A DNA stretch of 64,000 bases from Candidatus Poribacteria bacterium (GTDB lineage Bacteria; Poribacteria; WGA-4E; WGA-3G), in contig OZ244804.1 of assembly GCA_965220065.1 (NCBI GenBank), positions 1,344,915 to 1,408,914 of the forward strand, read 5' to 3'. This document shows, one piece after another, positions 27,429 to 37,487 of the stretch. The translations under genes and the position numbers were made by a program. The notes under the pieces were generated by a model. The model was not told the DNA's origin, did no database searches, and saw nothing but the letters and a program-made list of their open reading frames with translations. Position 1 is the first letter of the stretch. Each line of letters begins with the position of its first letter.

Positions 27429-28232
27429 ATGAAAAAAGAAAATGAAGTCGAAACTGGTGAATGGAATCGGCTTGTAAAGGATGCTTATAACTCGCTGGAG
27501 TTTTTGGTCACAATGCATTACCTTCGGAAATACCTCCCTGAATCAGGTAGGATTTTAGATGCAGGGGGCGGACCAGGGCGTTATGCACTTGAACTCTGTC
27601 GGGCGGGGTATGATGTCGTCCTTTTGGATATTGACCCAACATACACGACTTTTGCTGCAGAAAACATCGAGTTGGAGCCGAAATCCGTTTCGAGACGATT
27701 GATAGCGTCAATTGTTGGGGATATACGCGACCTCTCAGATTTTAACACGAATGACTTTGATGCGGTGTTATGCCTCGGTGGTCCGCTAACGCACATCAGT
27801 GATGAACTTGAACGAACACAGGCAACCTCCGAATTGGTTCGGGTTGCCAAACCTGGGGCGATCGTTTGCATTGCAGTTGTGGGTTATCTTGCAATGCTGC
27901 GGACGGTTCTCAGTCGGTTCAGTTATGAACTGATAACACCCCCGTACTCGGAACTCATACAGGAAGGAAAAGGGAATAACCTTGTTGGTGGTAACCTATG
28001 GCACTTTTTTCGGGCTTCCGAACTTCAGCAACTCGCTGAATCGTGTGGGTTAATCACACTGGAAATGGTGGGGTGTGAGGGACTTTCAACGGGATTACCT
28101 GAAGTTACCAACACGGTGGCGGAAGATCCAGCAAAGTGGGAACGTTGGGTCGATTTGGTCTTGGAAACGGCAACGGAACCCTCTATTGTGGACATGGCTG
28201 CGCACATCTTGTACATTGGTCAGGCGGGCTAA
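27429..28232 (+). CDS. Class I SAM-dependent methyltransferase
   Basis: Motif I 'ILDAGGGPGRYALEL...DVVLLDIDP'. Confidence 0.75.
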   Translation: MKKENEVETGEWNRLVKDAYNSLEFLVTMHYLRKYLPESGRILDAGGGPGRYALELCRAGYDVVLLDIDPTYTTFAAENIELEPKSVSRRLIASIVGDIRDLSDFNTNDFDAVLCLGGPLTHISDELERTQATSELVRVAKPGAIVCIAVVGYLAMLRTVLSRFSYELITPPYSELIQEGKGNNLVGGNLWHFFRASELQQLAESCGLITLEMVGCEGLSTGLPEVTNTVAEDPAKWERWVDLVLETATEPSIVDMAAHILYIGQAG

Positions 28233-28235
28233 CCC

Positions 28236-29000
28236 TCATTTCTTTTTATTGCAGAACACCAACATAAATCTATTCTCTTCTATTTCCTCTACCGTTTCTA
28301 AAGCAAGGTGTTTCTCAATAATGTACTTGGCAAAGGCAATTGTCCAAAAGTACGTTGGATTCGCGTACACACCTTTGTCAGGAATTGCCCTGATTCCTCC
28401 TACCAAACCGGTCTGAACATCATAGCGATCTGGCAAGGTGTCCTCGCCCGCTCTTTTGATTAATTCATCGTGCATAATGACAACGAAAATACCGTTATCT
28501 GATAGAATCCGTTTAAGCTGAACTGTTAAACTCTCCAGCGTCTGATACGATAAGTAACCGTTATTTTGCGGCAGCAACGCGAGATCGAAAGAATTCTGTT
28601 TGTAGGGTAGAGCAGCTATATTCCCGATATTAAATTGACATCTGCTCTTTCTTTTTTCCGCAACCCTTTTGGCGTGGCGGAGTGGAATCTCTGCGAAGTC
28701 AATACCTGTCGCTATGGCTCCCATCTCTTCCATAGCAAAGGTATACCGCCCTGCATTGCATCCTAAATCTAAGGCGCGCATACCCGGCTTTATCAGTTTA
28801 GGTAGGTGGTTTTTGTATCTGTCAACGGCAAATTGTGATCTTGGATTATCAGGGTCAGTCGTCGGGTGGACACCAGATATATTATAGTGTTTCCGGGTCG
28901 CATCAAATATGTTCATATATTCTCTTCCTTGAAATATGGCTTGCATTGTATGGTGCTGTAGTGTAAATTGGTTAGGTAGAGCATACCAACATTTTGTCAT
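28236..29000 (-). CDS. Class I SAM-dependent methyltransferase
   Basis: 'MRALDLGCNAGRYTFAM...GIDFAE'. Convergent with the previous methyltransferase gene. Confidence 0.75.
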   Translation of the reverse strand: MTKCWYALPNQFTLQHHTMQAIFQGREYMNIFDATRKHYNISGVHPTTDPDNPRSQFAVDRYKNHLPKLIKPGMRALDLGCNAGRYTFAMEEMGAIATGIDFAEIPLRHAKRVAEKRKSRCQFNIGNIAALPYKQNSFDLALLPQNNGYLSYQTLESLTVQLKRILSDNGIFVVIMHDELIKRAGEDTLPDRYDVQTGLVGGIRAIPDKGVYANPTYFWTIAFAKYIIEKHLALETVEEIEENRFMLVFCNKKK

Positions 29001-29118
29001 AATTCATCACGTTGGACAAGAAAAATTTATTATATTGACGTGACTCAACCCTGTGACGGCACACGGAGTGTGCCTACTACCATTAATCGAATTCACGTTG
29101 TAGTAAGGAGTTCTGCAA

Positions 29119-30183
29119 ATGCTATCAACCGAAAACATGGGAGGCGTTGTCGTCACGCCAAGCCAATTAAGCGAGATGCAAGCGGGTGACTACATCTTAC
29201 ACGCCCGCGACGGTGTGCTGAACAAGGTAGAGGTGGAGAAAATTCGTATGCCTTTGGATCCACAGGCGCACTATCAAGGATTGAACTTCCTTCTGACTCC
29301 CGATAGCACCATCTATGCGGTGCAACAGACCATTATCTCCAAATCCACGGATGGCGGCAAGCGTTGGGAACATCTCAACAGAGATCCGTCTGCCTTCGGT
29401 TTCAACGGATGGTTGTTGCAAGCCAATAGACACGGGCAATTAATCAACGTAAATCAACAGGGTGAAGAATCGCCAATTACTGTCTGGCTATCTGATGATG
29501 AAGGTCAAACGTGGGAGCAAACGAGCGAAATAGATGTCACGCCGTTTAGAAAAACCGTCGCTGGTTCAAGTGTGACCCGACTGAGCGATGGCACGCTTCT
29601 CCTACCGATTAAAAGACGGGACGACCCATTCTATGAAGGGACGAACCCAACTTACGTCTTCGTTTCGGACGATGACGGACACACCTTCTCGAACCGCTTC
29701 TTCTTATCGGACTACGGCAACGAAGTCAACATTGCAGAACTATTCCCCGGAAGATTGTTGGCAGTTGTTCGGTATCAGCCGGGACCGCCAGATCAACCCC
29801 ACACGAACAAGACTGTTTTCCTCGCCGATTCGGTAGACGGTGGCGGCACATGGACAAATCTCCGTCAATTGACCAGCGTGCATGGACAATGCCACGGTGC
29901 GGCAGTTGGACTTTCCAATGACAGTGCTGTTGTGGCATACGACCACCGTTATCCCCGCGAACTCGGTAGTGGCAGGGCAATGGTAAGCGACGATAATGGC
30001 GAGAATTGGTCCGATGAAGTCTATTATCTCTGTCACGGGCATGTCGCTGGTTTCCCACGACACATTAGTTTAGACGGGGAAGAGATACTAACCTTCACCG
30101 GCTCTTGCTACGGCGATGTTAGCAAATGGGAAAATGCCACGGGAAACTCCCACTTCTGCGTCATCCGGTGGCGACCGGTTTAG
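29119..30183 (+). CDS. BNR/Asp-box repeat glycosidase-like protein (sialidase-fold), no signal peptide
   Basis: Five S-x-D-x-G-x-T-W boxes (SKSTDGGKRW, SDDEGQTW, SDDDGHTF, SVDGGGTW, SDDNGENW). Confidence 0.65.
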   Translation: MLSTENMGGVVVTPSQLSEMQAGDYILHARDGVLNKVEVEKIRMPLDPQAHYQGLNFLLTPDSTIYAVQQTIISKSTDGGKRWEHLNRDPSAFGFNGWLLQANRHGQLINVNQQGEESPITVWLSDDEGQTWEQTSEIDVTPFRKTVAGSSVTRLSDGTLLLPIKRRDDPFYEGTNPTYVFVSDDDGHTFSNRFFLSDYGNEVNIAELFPGRLLAVVRYQPGPPDQPHTNKTVFLADSVDGGGTWTNLRQLTSVHGQCHGAAVGLSNDSAVVAYDHRYPRELGSGRAMVSDDNGENWSDEVYYLCHGHVAGFPRHISLDGEEILTFTGSCYGDVSKWENATGNSHFCVIRWRPV

Positions 30184-30193
30184 GACCAAGATT

Positions 30194-31318
30194 ATGAAAA
30201 TTACTGGATTTGAGACGATACCGATTCAAGGTCGCGCAATGGTGCTGAAAATGTTCACCGACGCAGGGATCATCGGCTACGGTGAACCCATGAACTACGA
30301 GCATTGGCGCGTTGTCGCCCAAGCCGTGGATGACATGGCAGAATACCTTATCGGTAAAGACCCGCTACAGATTGAAGACCACTGGCAGGCGATGTATCGG
30401 TCAAGTTATAGCCGAAGTATGCCAGTGTTGGTCGGGGCACTGAGCGGTATTGAAATGGCGATGTGGGATGTATTCGGTAAAGTCGTCGGGATGCCGATAT
30501 GGAAACTGCTGGGAGGTTCAGTACGTGAACGGATCCGCGTCTATACCGGTATAGGAGGCACAACACCTGACGAGTGTGCAGAGAGTGCTAAGAATGCAGT
30601 TATGTCAGGATTCCGTGCGGTGAAGATGGGAGCTGCACCACAGCCCGTGCGGTTTGTGGACACATCGAAGACGATTGATGCGATGGTGGCGCGGATAGCG
30701 GCAGTCCGAACAGCAGTGGGTGACGAGGTGGACATCGCTGTTGACTTGCATCGGCGTTTAAGTCCGACGATGGGAATGATTTTGGTGAAGGAATTAGAAC
30801 CCTTCCGATTGTTGTTCGCTGAAGAGCCGTGCCATCCAGAAAACAACGAACCCTTGCTGACGCTGTCTCGATCAACGACCGTGCCGATCGCGACCGGTGA
30901 GCGACATTTGACACGATGGGGGTTTCGGGAGATAATTGAACGCGAGATGTGCGCAATTTTGCAACCGGATATCCGGCACTGCGGTGGGATATTGGAACTG
31001 AAAAAGATTTCAGCGATGGCGGAGATTCACAATATGGCGATCGCCCCACACAACGCCGCCGGTCCTATCGGCGTTGCCGCATCGGTACATGTAATGGCGA
31101 CTGTGCCGAATTTACTGATATGCGAGGGTGGACACCGACGTGGCGAAGGACTATTTTCGACCCCTTTGGTGTTCAAAGACGGATTCATTGAATTGCCGAC
31201 AGCCCCCGGTCTCGGTGTGGATATGGACGATGCCGCTATTGAAGCGATTCGAGATGAGACGTTTCGGTTACGTGGTATGTTCTGGCACTCAGACGACGGG
31301 GCTTTCGCTGATTATTAA
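30194..31318 (+). CDS. Enolase-superfamily enzyme (MR/MLE family)
   Basis: 'MKITGFETIPIQGRAMVLKMFTDAGIIGYGEP'. Start at the internal ATG 30194, immediately after the upstream stop. Confidence 0.8.
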   Translation: MKITGFETIPIQGRAMVLKMFTDAGIIGYGEPMNYEHWRVVAQAVDDMAEYLIGKDPLQIEDHWQAMYRSSYSRSMPVLVGALSGIEMAMWDVFGKVVGMPIWKLLGGSVRERIRVYTGIGGTTPDECAESAKNAVMSGFRAVKMGAAPQPVRFVDTSKTIDAMVARIAAVRTAVGDEVDIAVDLHRRLSPTMGMILVKELEPFRLLFAEEPCHPENNEPLLTLSRSTTVPIATGERHLTRWGFREIIEREMCAILQPDIRHCGGILELKKISAMAEIHNMAIAPHNAAGPIGVAASVHVMATVPNLLICEGGHRRGEGLFSTPLVFKDGFIELPTAPGLGVDMDDAAIEAIRDETFRLRGMFWHSDDGAFADY

Positions 31319-31335
31319 CACAATCGGCTCGCCTT

Positions 31336-31614
31336 TCATAACGTATTATCCCGATCGGTGGGACGTGTGGAGAGGTTCGTTTTTGGCGGTATGTCCCATG
31401 AGATATACCCGCAACGCGGACAGCGCATCTCAAGTTCAACGAGGTTTCTGACAGTACCCGTCCTTTCGGGCTTCCGTCGGGTTTGACATTGTGGACACCG
31501 AACAGCCCGGAATTCATCCACATCGCTTTTGCCGAAATAGGCACCTATCTTGAAGAGGACAAGCAGCAACACGAGAATAAAAACACATACAAAACTAAAG
31601 ATGAGAAAAGGCAT
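31336..31614 (-). CDS. Small membrane-anchored zinc-ribbon protein (hypothetical)
   Basis: N-terminal TM 'FLIFSFVCVFILVLLLVLF', then 'CPQC...(15 aa)...CPRC'. Confidence 0.35.
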   Translation of the reverse strand: MPFLIFSFVCVFILVLLLVLFKIGAYFGKSDVDEFRAVRCPQCQTRRKPERTGTVRNLVELEMRCPRCGYISWDIPPKTNLSTRPTDRDNTL

Positions 31615-31764
31615 TTTTAGGCTCTCGCCAAGCGTAAAACAGCGTTATTGGTTTAACAAGGGGCTTGGTATAAGGTCCGCATTGCGCCGTTGTTGCAATG
31701 CTGCTTGCATCCTGCAGAAATTAATTAAACTTTCGCAAGCGTGAAAGAAAATGAGCACAATTCT

Positions 31765-32334
31765 TTAATCTGTCAGCAGTATGAGTGGCTTAAGGGAGTC
31801 TCTACGAAAGGTTGCTTCTGTAACGGTATCCTCAAAGAACGGATCAAAAAACGCGTCGGCAGTGTCCAAAAACGCTGGTAGGTTGAGCCCCATATAATCC
31901 CCCGATACGTCGTCACATTCAATCACAACCTGCCGCAATTTATCGCGTCCGGCAGTAGAAAGCGTGCGTAGTGGACGCAGCATCCGAGTATGATACTTAA
32001 TAAAGGCTGCCGACACCTGAATTAACCCTTGAAGGAACAGGCGATAGGTGTCTTCTGCTTGGTGCCACAACCCTTCCCACGCCTCATGTGCCTCCCACCA
32101 ATAGGCAAAGTTGTAGAGATCTACACCGTACAGGTAATCTTCGTTCTGTCTCCACATCTCTGGCGACAAAGGTTCAGCATCGTGTTCCTCTTCCACCCCG
32201 TAACTATGTCCAAGTGGATCGCGAATCGGATGCGGCGTGACGCCCGGTATATGGCGATACGGTGGAAACGGCTTCTGCGGACAATACCGCTGCCAGTTTG
32301 CATCAAAAGGTTCGGGTTGTTTAATAACGTCCAT
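31765..32334 (-). CDS. DUF309-domain protein
   Basis: 'YNFAYWWEAHEAWEGLWHQ' signature. Confidence 0.55.
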   Translation of the reverse strand: MDVIKQPEPFDANWQRYCPQKPFPPYRHIPGVTPHPIRDPLGHSYGVEEEHDAEPLSPEMWRQNEDYLYGVDLYNFAYWWEAHEAWEGLWHQAEDTYRLFLQGLIQVSAAFIKYHTRMLRPLRTLSTAGRDKLRQVVIECDDVSGDYMGLNLPAFLDTADAFFDPFFEDTVTEATFRRDSLKPLILLTD

Positions 32335-32349
32335 ATCGTCAGCAACACT

Positions 32350-33729
32350 TTACATTCTGCCGATCCCGATGTAATGAAAGCCTGCCGCTCTCGCTTCTTC
32401 TGGGGAATAGACGTTGCGTCCATCAATGAGAATCGGAGTTTTCATCTGTTTAGCGAGCCTACGGAGTTCAAGTTTGTGGTAGAGTTCCCATTCGGTAACG
32501 AGCACGAGTGCATCGGCATCGTAAGGAAGTTCGTATACATCTTCCGTGAAAATCACTTTGTTATCTTCAGTTTCACTGTTCCCACTTAAGGCGCGGTGCG
32601 CATTTCCGATGGCGATCGGGTCGTGTGCCCGAACCGTCGCTCCCGCGGCAATCAGTTCACGGACAATGTCAAGTGCGGGTGCTTCTCGAATGTCATCCGT
32701 GTTTGGTTTGAAGGCGAGTCCGAGGATACCAATCGTCTTACCTTTGAGTGTGCCCAATGTGCTGCACAATTTTTCGATAACACGTTCCCGTTGGCGGAAG
32801 TTGATAGTGCGAGCGGCTTCCGTAATCGGCATCTCGTATCCAGACTGCGCGGCGACCCCTAACAAAGCGGCGGTATCTTTCGGATAACAACTACCACCCC
32901 ATCCGAGACCGGCTTGGAGGAACCGCTTCCCAATACGTTCGTCCAGTCCGATACCGCGTGCGACTTCTGTTACGTCTGCCGCAACCTCCTCACAAAGCCC
33001 CGCAATTTCATTGATAAAACTAATTTTAAGGGCGAGGAAGGTGTTCGCCGCGTATTTAATCATTTCGGCACTGTTCGGATCCGTTGTCATCATTGGAGGC
33101 AGATGGTAAGAGGATGGACGTGGAAACTCGCTCGGTGGGTCAAAGGTCTGTTCGAGGATCGGTTTATAGAGGCGACGCAAAGTATCAATCGCTGCATCGC
33201 TGTTTGCACCGACGACGATCCGATCTGGATAGAACGCACCCTGCAACGCCAACCCCTCTTGCAAAAATTCCGGGTTTGAAGCGATGGAAATGTTCCCTGG
33301 AATTCCACGTTCCGAAAATACCTCCGCCACAACTTCAGCGACACGTTGATTCGTACCTATTGGGACTGTGGATTTGACAACAAGTGTGTAGTGCCTATCC
33401 GGCAAGCAGACTTGGGCGACCTCCTTGGCGGCTTGTTCCACATGTTGCGTATCGGCTTCACCGTTCTTCTTCGGCGGTGTCCCCACAGCAATCAGAATCA
33501 GTTCTGCCTCCGGCACAACTTCAGCGACACTCGGTGTGAAACGAATCGTGTGCTGCACCTCTTCAAGAAGACTTTGGATGCCGGGTTCGTGAATCGGGCT
33601 TCTTCCGTCGTGCAAAAGGTTGAGTTTACTCTCGTCTTTGTCTACCGCAGCGACATCATGATTCAGGTAGGCAAGCACCACAGTCGTGGTCAAGCCGACG
33701 TATCCTGTTCCTATAATTGCAATTTTCAT
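32350..33729 (-). CDS. ugd: UDP-glucose 6-dehydrogenase
   Basis: 'MKIAIIGTGYVGLTTTVVLA' NAD-binding N-terminus. Catalytic Cys region 'GWGGSCYPKD'. Confidence 0.85.
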   Translation of the reverse strand: MKIAIIGTGYVGLTTTVVLAYLNHDVAAVDKDESKLNLLHDGRSPIHEPGIQSLLEEVQHTIRFTPSVAEVVPEAELILIAVGTPPKKNGEADTQHVEQAAKEVAQVCLPDRHYTLVVKSTVPIGTNQRVAEVVAEVFSERGIPGNISIASNPEFLQEGLALQGAFYPDRIVVGANSDAAIDTLRRLYKPILEQTFDPPSEFPRPSSYHLPPMMTTDPNSAEMIKYAANTFLALKISFINEIAGLCEEVAADVTEVARGIGLDERIGKRFLQAGLGWGGSCYPKDTAALLGVAAQSGYEMPITEAARTINFRQRERVIEKLCSTLGTLKGKTIGILGLAFKPNTDDIREAPALDIVRELIAAGATVRAHDPIAIGNAHRALSGNSETEDNKVIFTEDVYELPYDADALVLVTEWELYHKLELRRLAKQMKTPILIDGRNVYSPEEARAAGFHYIGIGRM

Positions 33730-34252
33730 ATTTTAAACTATCCAACAAAACGTATCTGTCATTTCCAGCACTTGGTGATCAACTTAGTGTTTTACAGTGT
33801 GTGATGGTATCAGAAGTGAAGCGTTTTCCGTTGGTTCAATTATTCCCTGCTCATTCTGCACAAGTGGAGTTGTACAAATTAAGGGCTCTTGGGGAATATC
33901 TATATGAGATTGGGATGGAAACCGTCCCTCTATTACCTTTAGAGCATCTTCAAAAAGCGAGATTTTACTGTCCAGTACTCGCAATATGGCAACCTGTGAA
34001 ATTGGCAGCGTTTTTGAATCATGACCAATCCGAACATGGAAGCGTTTTGGAATTTCAAATGGCTCGGCTATGAGATAATCAAGAAAGGAAGCTTGACGCA
34101 AAAATTCAAGTTTCTCTGCTAACGTTCCTGGGGTGTTTTAGAGTGCCAGTATGTTTTGTCAGCCTCATCCGCTTCCTCAAAAGAGGACAATACAGAAAAC
34201 GTTGCTTTATCCATTTTAAAAGTGTCAATTGCGCGCATAGGAAACCCTCCGA

Positions 34253-35284
34253 TTATTGAACAGGTGGGGGTTCGACGTTTTCCAACAATCTATTGATGAT
34301 ATCCAAACTCGTGATCCCGTCCGCTTCTGCGTTGAAATTCGTCAGAATTCGGTGGCGTAGCACAGGTACAGCGACTGCCTTAATATCCTCATAAGCGACA
34401 TGATAACGTCCTTGTAGAATAGCGCGCGCCTTGGCTCCCAACACGAGATACTGCGATGCCCGCGGTCCGGCACCCCACTGCACCCAATCCTGAATGAAAT
34501 CAAGCGCATCTGAATCAGGTCGTGTCTGCCGATTTAATTCCACTGCATAATCCACGATCGCTTCGGCAATCGGTACTTTCCGGACGACCTGTTGTATTCG
34601 CAAGACCTCTTCTCCTGTGATCACAGGTTCTATCTCCGGTTCATACGCCGCAGTTGTTGTCATCACAATCTCTTTTTCCGCAGTTTTATCGGGATAATCA
34701 AGTGTGATATGGAACATGAATCGGTCGAGCTGCGCTTCAGGTAGCGGGTAGGTGCCTTCCTGCTCGATCGGGTTCTGCGTCGCTAAAACAAAAAATGGGA
34801 GTTCCAATGGATATGTTCTGCCGCCTGCGGTGACTTGGTACTCTTGCATCGCTTGTAGAAGTGCGGCTTGCGTTTTAGGGGGTGTTCGGTTAATCTCATC
34901 AGCAAGAACGACGTTAGCAAAGACGGGTCCATTGATAAACCGGAAGGCACGTTTCCCTGCCTCACCCTCCTCAATAATATCGGTGCCAATGATGTCCGAT
35001 GGCATCAGATCCGGCGTAAATTGGATTCGATTGAAAGGAAGTTCCAGAATCCGCGCGAATGTACTGATGAGTAGTGTCTTTGCTAACCCCGGCACGCCCA
35101 CCAGTAAACAGTGTCCCTGTGAAAAGAGTGCGATGAGAAGTTGCTCAATTACTTCGTCTTGTCCAATGATTCGCTTTCTGAGTTGGTTTAAAATATTTTC
35201 CTTCGCCCCCTCGACTGATGAAGTCAAGGCTTCGGCGGCTTCTATATCTGTTCCGTTCTGTGTCGCTGAGATGTCGTTTTTCAT
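34253..35284 (-). CDS. MoxR-family AAA+ ATPase
   Basis: 'LLVGVPGLAKTLL' Walker A. 'FNRIQFTPDLMPSDIIGT'. Confidence 0.85.
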   Translation of the reverse strand: MKNDISATQNGTDIEAAEALTSSVEGAKENILNQLRKRIIGQDEVIEQLLIALFSQGHCLLVGVPGLAKTLLISTFARILELPFNRIQFTPDLMPSDIIGTDIIEEGEAGKRAFRFINGPVFANVVLADEINRTPPKTQAALLQAMQEYQVTAGGRTYPLELPFFVLATQNPIEQEGTYPLPEAQLDRFMFHITLDYPDKTAEKEIVMTTTAAYEPEIEPVITGEEVLRIQQVVRKVPIAEAIVDYAVELNRQTRPDSDALDFIQDWVQWGAGPRASQYLVLGAKARAILQGRYHVAYEDIKAVAVPVLRHRILTNFNAEADGITSLDIINRLLENVEPPPVQ

Positions 35285-35291
35285 AAGAAAT

Positions 35292-35325
35292 AGCCATCAG
35301 CCATCAGCAGTCAGCAATCAGCAAG
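35292..35325. repeat. Heptad microrepeat (CAGCNAT)x5, on the gene strand GCTGATN, abutting the MoxR start codon
   Basis: 'agccatcagccatcagcagtcagcaatcagcaag'. A similar run lies at 54738-54761. Confidence 0.4.
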
Positions 35326-35388
35326 AGAGGGTAGCTTCACCAGAAAATCTCTTTGCTAATGGTTTCCGAAAGCCGAAAGCCGTTCCTT

Positions 35389-36447
35389 TCAATCGCTTGA
35401 AACCTTCCACATTTGGATCCCGTCAAAATCAAAGTTAACATCAATGACCCGCGCGCCGGCTTCTTCCAGTTTCTGACGGACGCGATGTTCACGTGTAGGT
35501 TCGCAGTAAAATAGTAGGCATCCACCACCACCAGCACCACAAGCTTTCCCACCGATCGCACCGTGCGTCATTGCAATTTTAAAGAGGGATTCTATCTGTT
35601 CATTTGTGACAGAAGGGTGTAACTTCTTCTGATTCTGCCAATTTTGGGTGAGGAGTTCACCGAATTCGGTCAATCGACCGCGCATCAGTGCTATTTTTGT
35701 GGCTTCAGCAATGGCTTTGAGAGCTTCCAATGCGTTGCGGACACCCGGTTGCCCGCTTTTATAGGCATCGGTTACGTTCTGATGTATATTACCAGAGAGG
35801 CGAGATTTTCCGGTATAACAGAGGACAAGATTCTTTTCAAGTTCACAACGGATGTGGGGTGGAAATTTCAATGGTGAGGTCTTCACCTCTTCCCCTTGAA
35901 ACTCCATAAAATGGATTCCGCCGATTGCACTGGCGTAGTGATCTTGCTTTCCGCCGAGGATACCGAGTTCATGGCGTTCAATATTGCTCGCGAGATCCGC
36001 ATACTCATAAGGCAGATAGGTCGCTTCCTTAAGTGCCCCGAGCACACCAACGAGTGCGACTCCCATTGCGGCGGAAGTGCCTAATCCACTTCCCGGCGGT
36101 GCGGTAGACTGCGTAATCAGGTCGAAACCGCCAATCTGTATGGACATGCGTCGCACAGCTGCCTTGACTAAATCAATGTTCCCATCATATTCAAGCTGAC
36201 GTATATCGTCGGCTTCAATGAATGTGTCAAAATCCGCAGAATAGATACGGATGCTTTTATCCAGAACGCGCTGGAGTTCAACAGAATCGTCGTCTGCGAC
36301 TTGGCGTTCACAGCGGAGGGTCGCATAGGCGTATCGGTTAATTGCCCCATTGACGACAAACCCTTTTGACTGTTCGGTAAAGAGGGCTACATCGCTCCAT
36401 CCGCCAGCAAAGTCGATGCGGACTGGGGCTCTCGTTCGGATTAACAT
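35389..36447 (-). CDS. GHMP-family sugar kinase
   Basis: 'PPGSGLGTSAAMGVALVGVL' GHMP motif. Start set at ATG 36447 (MLIRTRAPVRIDFAGGWSD). Confidence 0.7.
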   Translation of the reverse strand: MLIRTRAPVRIDFAGGWSDVALFTEQSKGFVVNGAINRYAYATLRCERQVADDDSVELQRVLDKSIRIYSADFDTFIEADDIRQLEYDGNIDLVKAAVRRMSIQIGGFDLITQSTAPPGSGLGTSAAMGVALVGVLGALKEATYLPYEYADLASNIERHELGILGGKQDHYASAIGGIHFMEFQGEEVKTSPLKFPPHIRCELEKNLVLCYTGKSRLSGNIHQNVTDAYKSGQPGVRNALEALKAIAEATKIALMRGRLTEFGELLTQNWQNQKKLHPSVTNEQIESLFKIAMTHGAIGGKACGAGGGGCLLFYCEPTREHRVRQKLEEAGARVIDVNFDFDGIQMWKVSSD

Positions 36448-36747
36448 GATGAGTCTCCTGACATCAAATTTTAACCAACGCGCTCGGAAGGCGTACCTGT
36501 GATATAAATGATACAGACAAAAGAATGGAAAGGGCACCTACAAACAATATAAGCAAAAAATTGTGTCAATAACTGCAGGCGATCGCGTGGTGTTGGAATA
36601 TGTTGTGAAGGTGGTTTCCGTTATGGAAAAATCCACAGAGACTTTTGTCGATAGGGGTAACGTGAAAAAGCCGCAGGCATCCCTCAATAAAAAAAGGAGG
36701 CACAGCCCGGCGGCTTTTCCAGAAACTGAGCGAAAGGACAGCCAGTT

Positions 36748-37029
36748 TTAGCCGGTAGCGTCGCGAAGTTTCTTACCAGCTTTAAAGACAGGGACTGTCT
36801 TCTCTGGAATATCAATTGGTTCGCCAGTCTGCGGGTTGCGACCTGTGCGAGCTGGACGGTTTTTGGCTTCGAATGTTCCAAAACCAATTAATCCAACAGA
36901 GTCGCCATTACTCAAAGCGTCGCAGATAGTCGCAGCAAAAGCATCGACAGCGGCGTTCGCATCTTTCTTGCTAAGGTCTGTTGATTCTACGATACTGTCG
37001 ACAACATCGCTTTTCATTAATTTTGCCAT
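36748..37029 (-). CDS. hup: HU-family nucleoid protein
   Basis: '...GFGTFEAKNRPARTGRNPQTGEPIDIPEKTVPVFKAGKKLRDA'. Confidence 0.85.
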   Translation of the reverse strand: MAKLMKSDVVDSIVESTDLSKKDANAAVDAFAATICDALSNGDSVGLIGFGTFEAKNRPARTGRNPQTGEPIDIPEKTVPVFKAGKKLRDATG

Positions 37030-37487
37030 GTCAAATGTTCCTCTAATTTTTAGTCCGATTCAGAAAATACTACGTTTTCCAAACAGTTCAAAAAACGAGA
37101 TTCTCACACCTCGAACTCAAAATGGATTTAACAAAAAACTAACAGTAATTATATTATACTATACAAATATAGATATGTCAAGATAAAATTTGGTTAACGC
37201 CGAGAAAGTTAACCTGGATTATAGGAAAAAGCCTATGCTCAACCCTAAATGACTCTATTAGAGATAGAGAAGACCTAACACGGTTAACTTGACATAATAT
37301 ATAGATCCTTTAATTTTAATACCACAGACTTCAGTATTTGTCAAGTTTTTTCTGTTTTTAGGCAACTAATTCCGCTCTAACACGGCATTCTTTCCTGAAA
37401 TATTTGCTTAAAGGGTGTGTTTGTGGTAAAATTATACAAACCTTACTACATCCTGCTTAAACAACATAATAGAGGAAAACATCAGAA

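Noticed and set aside
36669-36722. Inverted repeat AAAAGCCGC...GCGGCTTTT downstream of HU, as a possible intrinsic terminator.
   Set aside because: The loop is about 35 nt and the U-tract is weak, so I did not call it as a feature.
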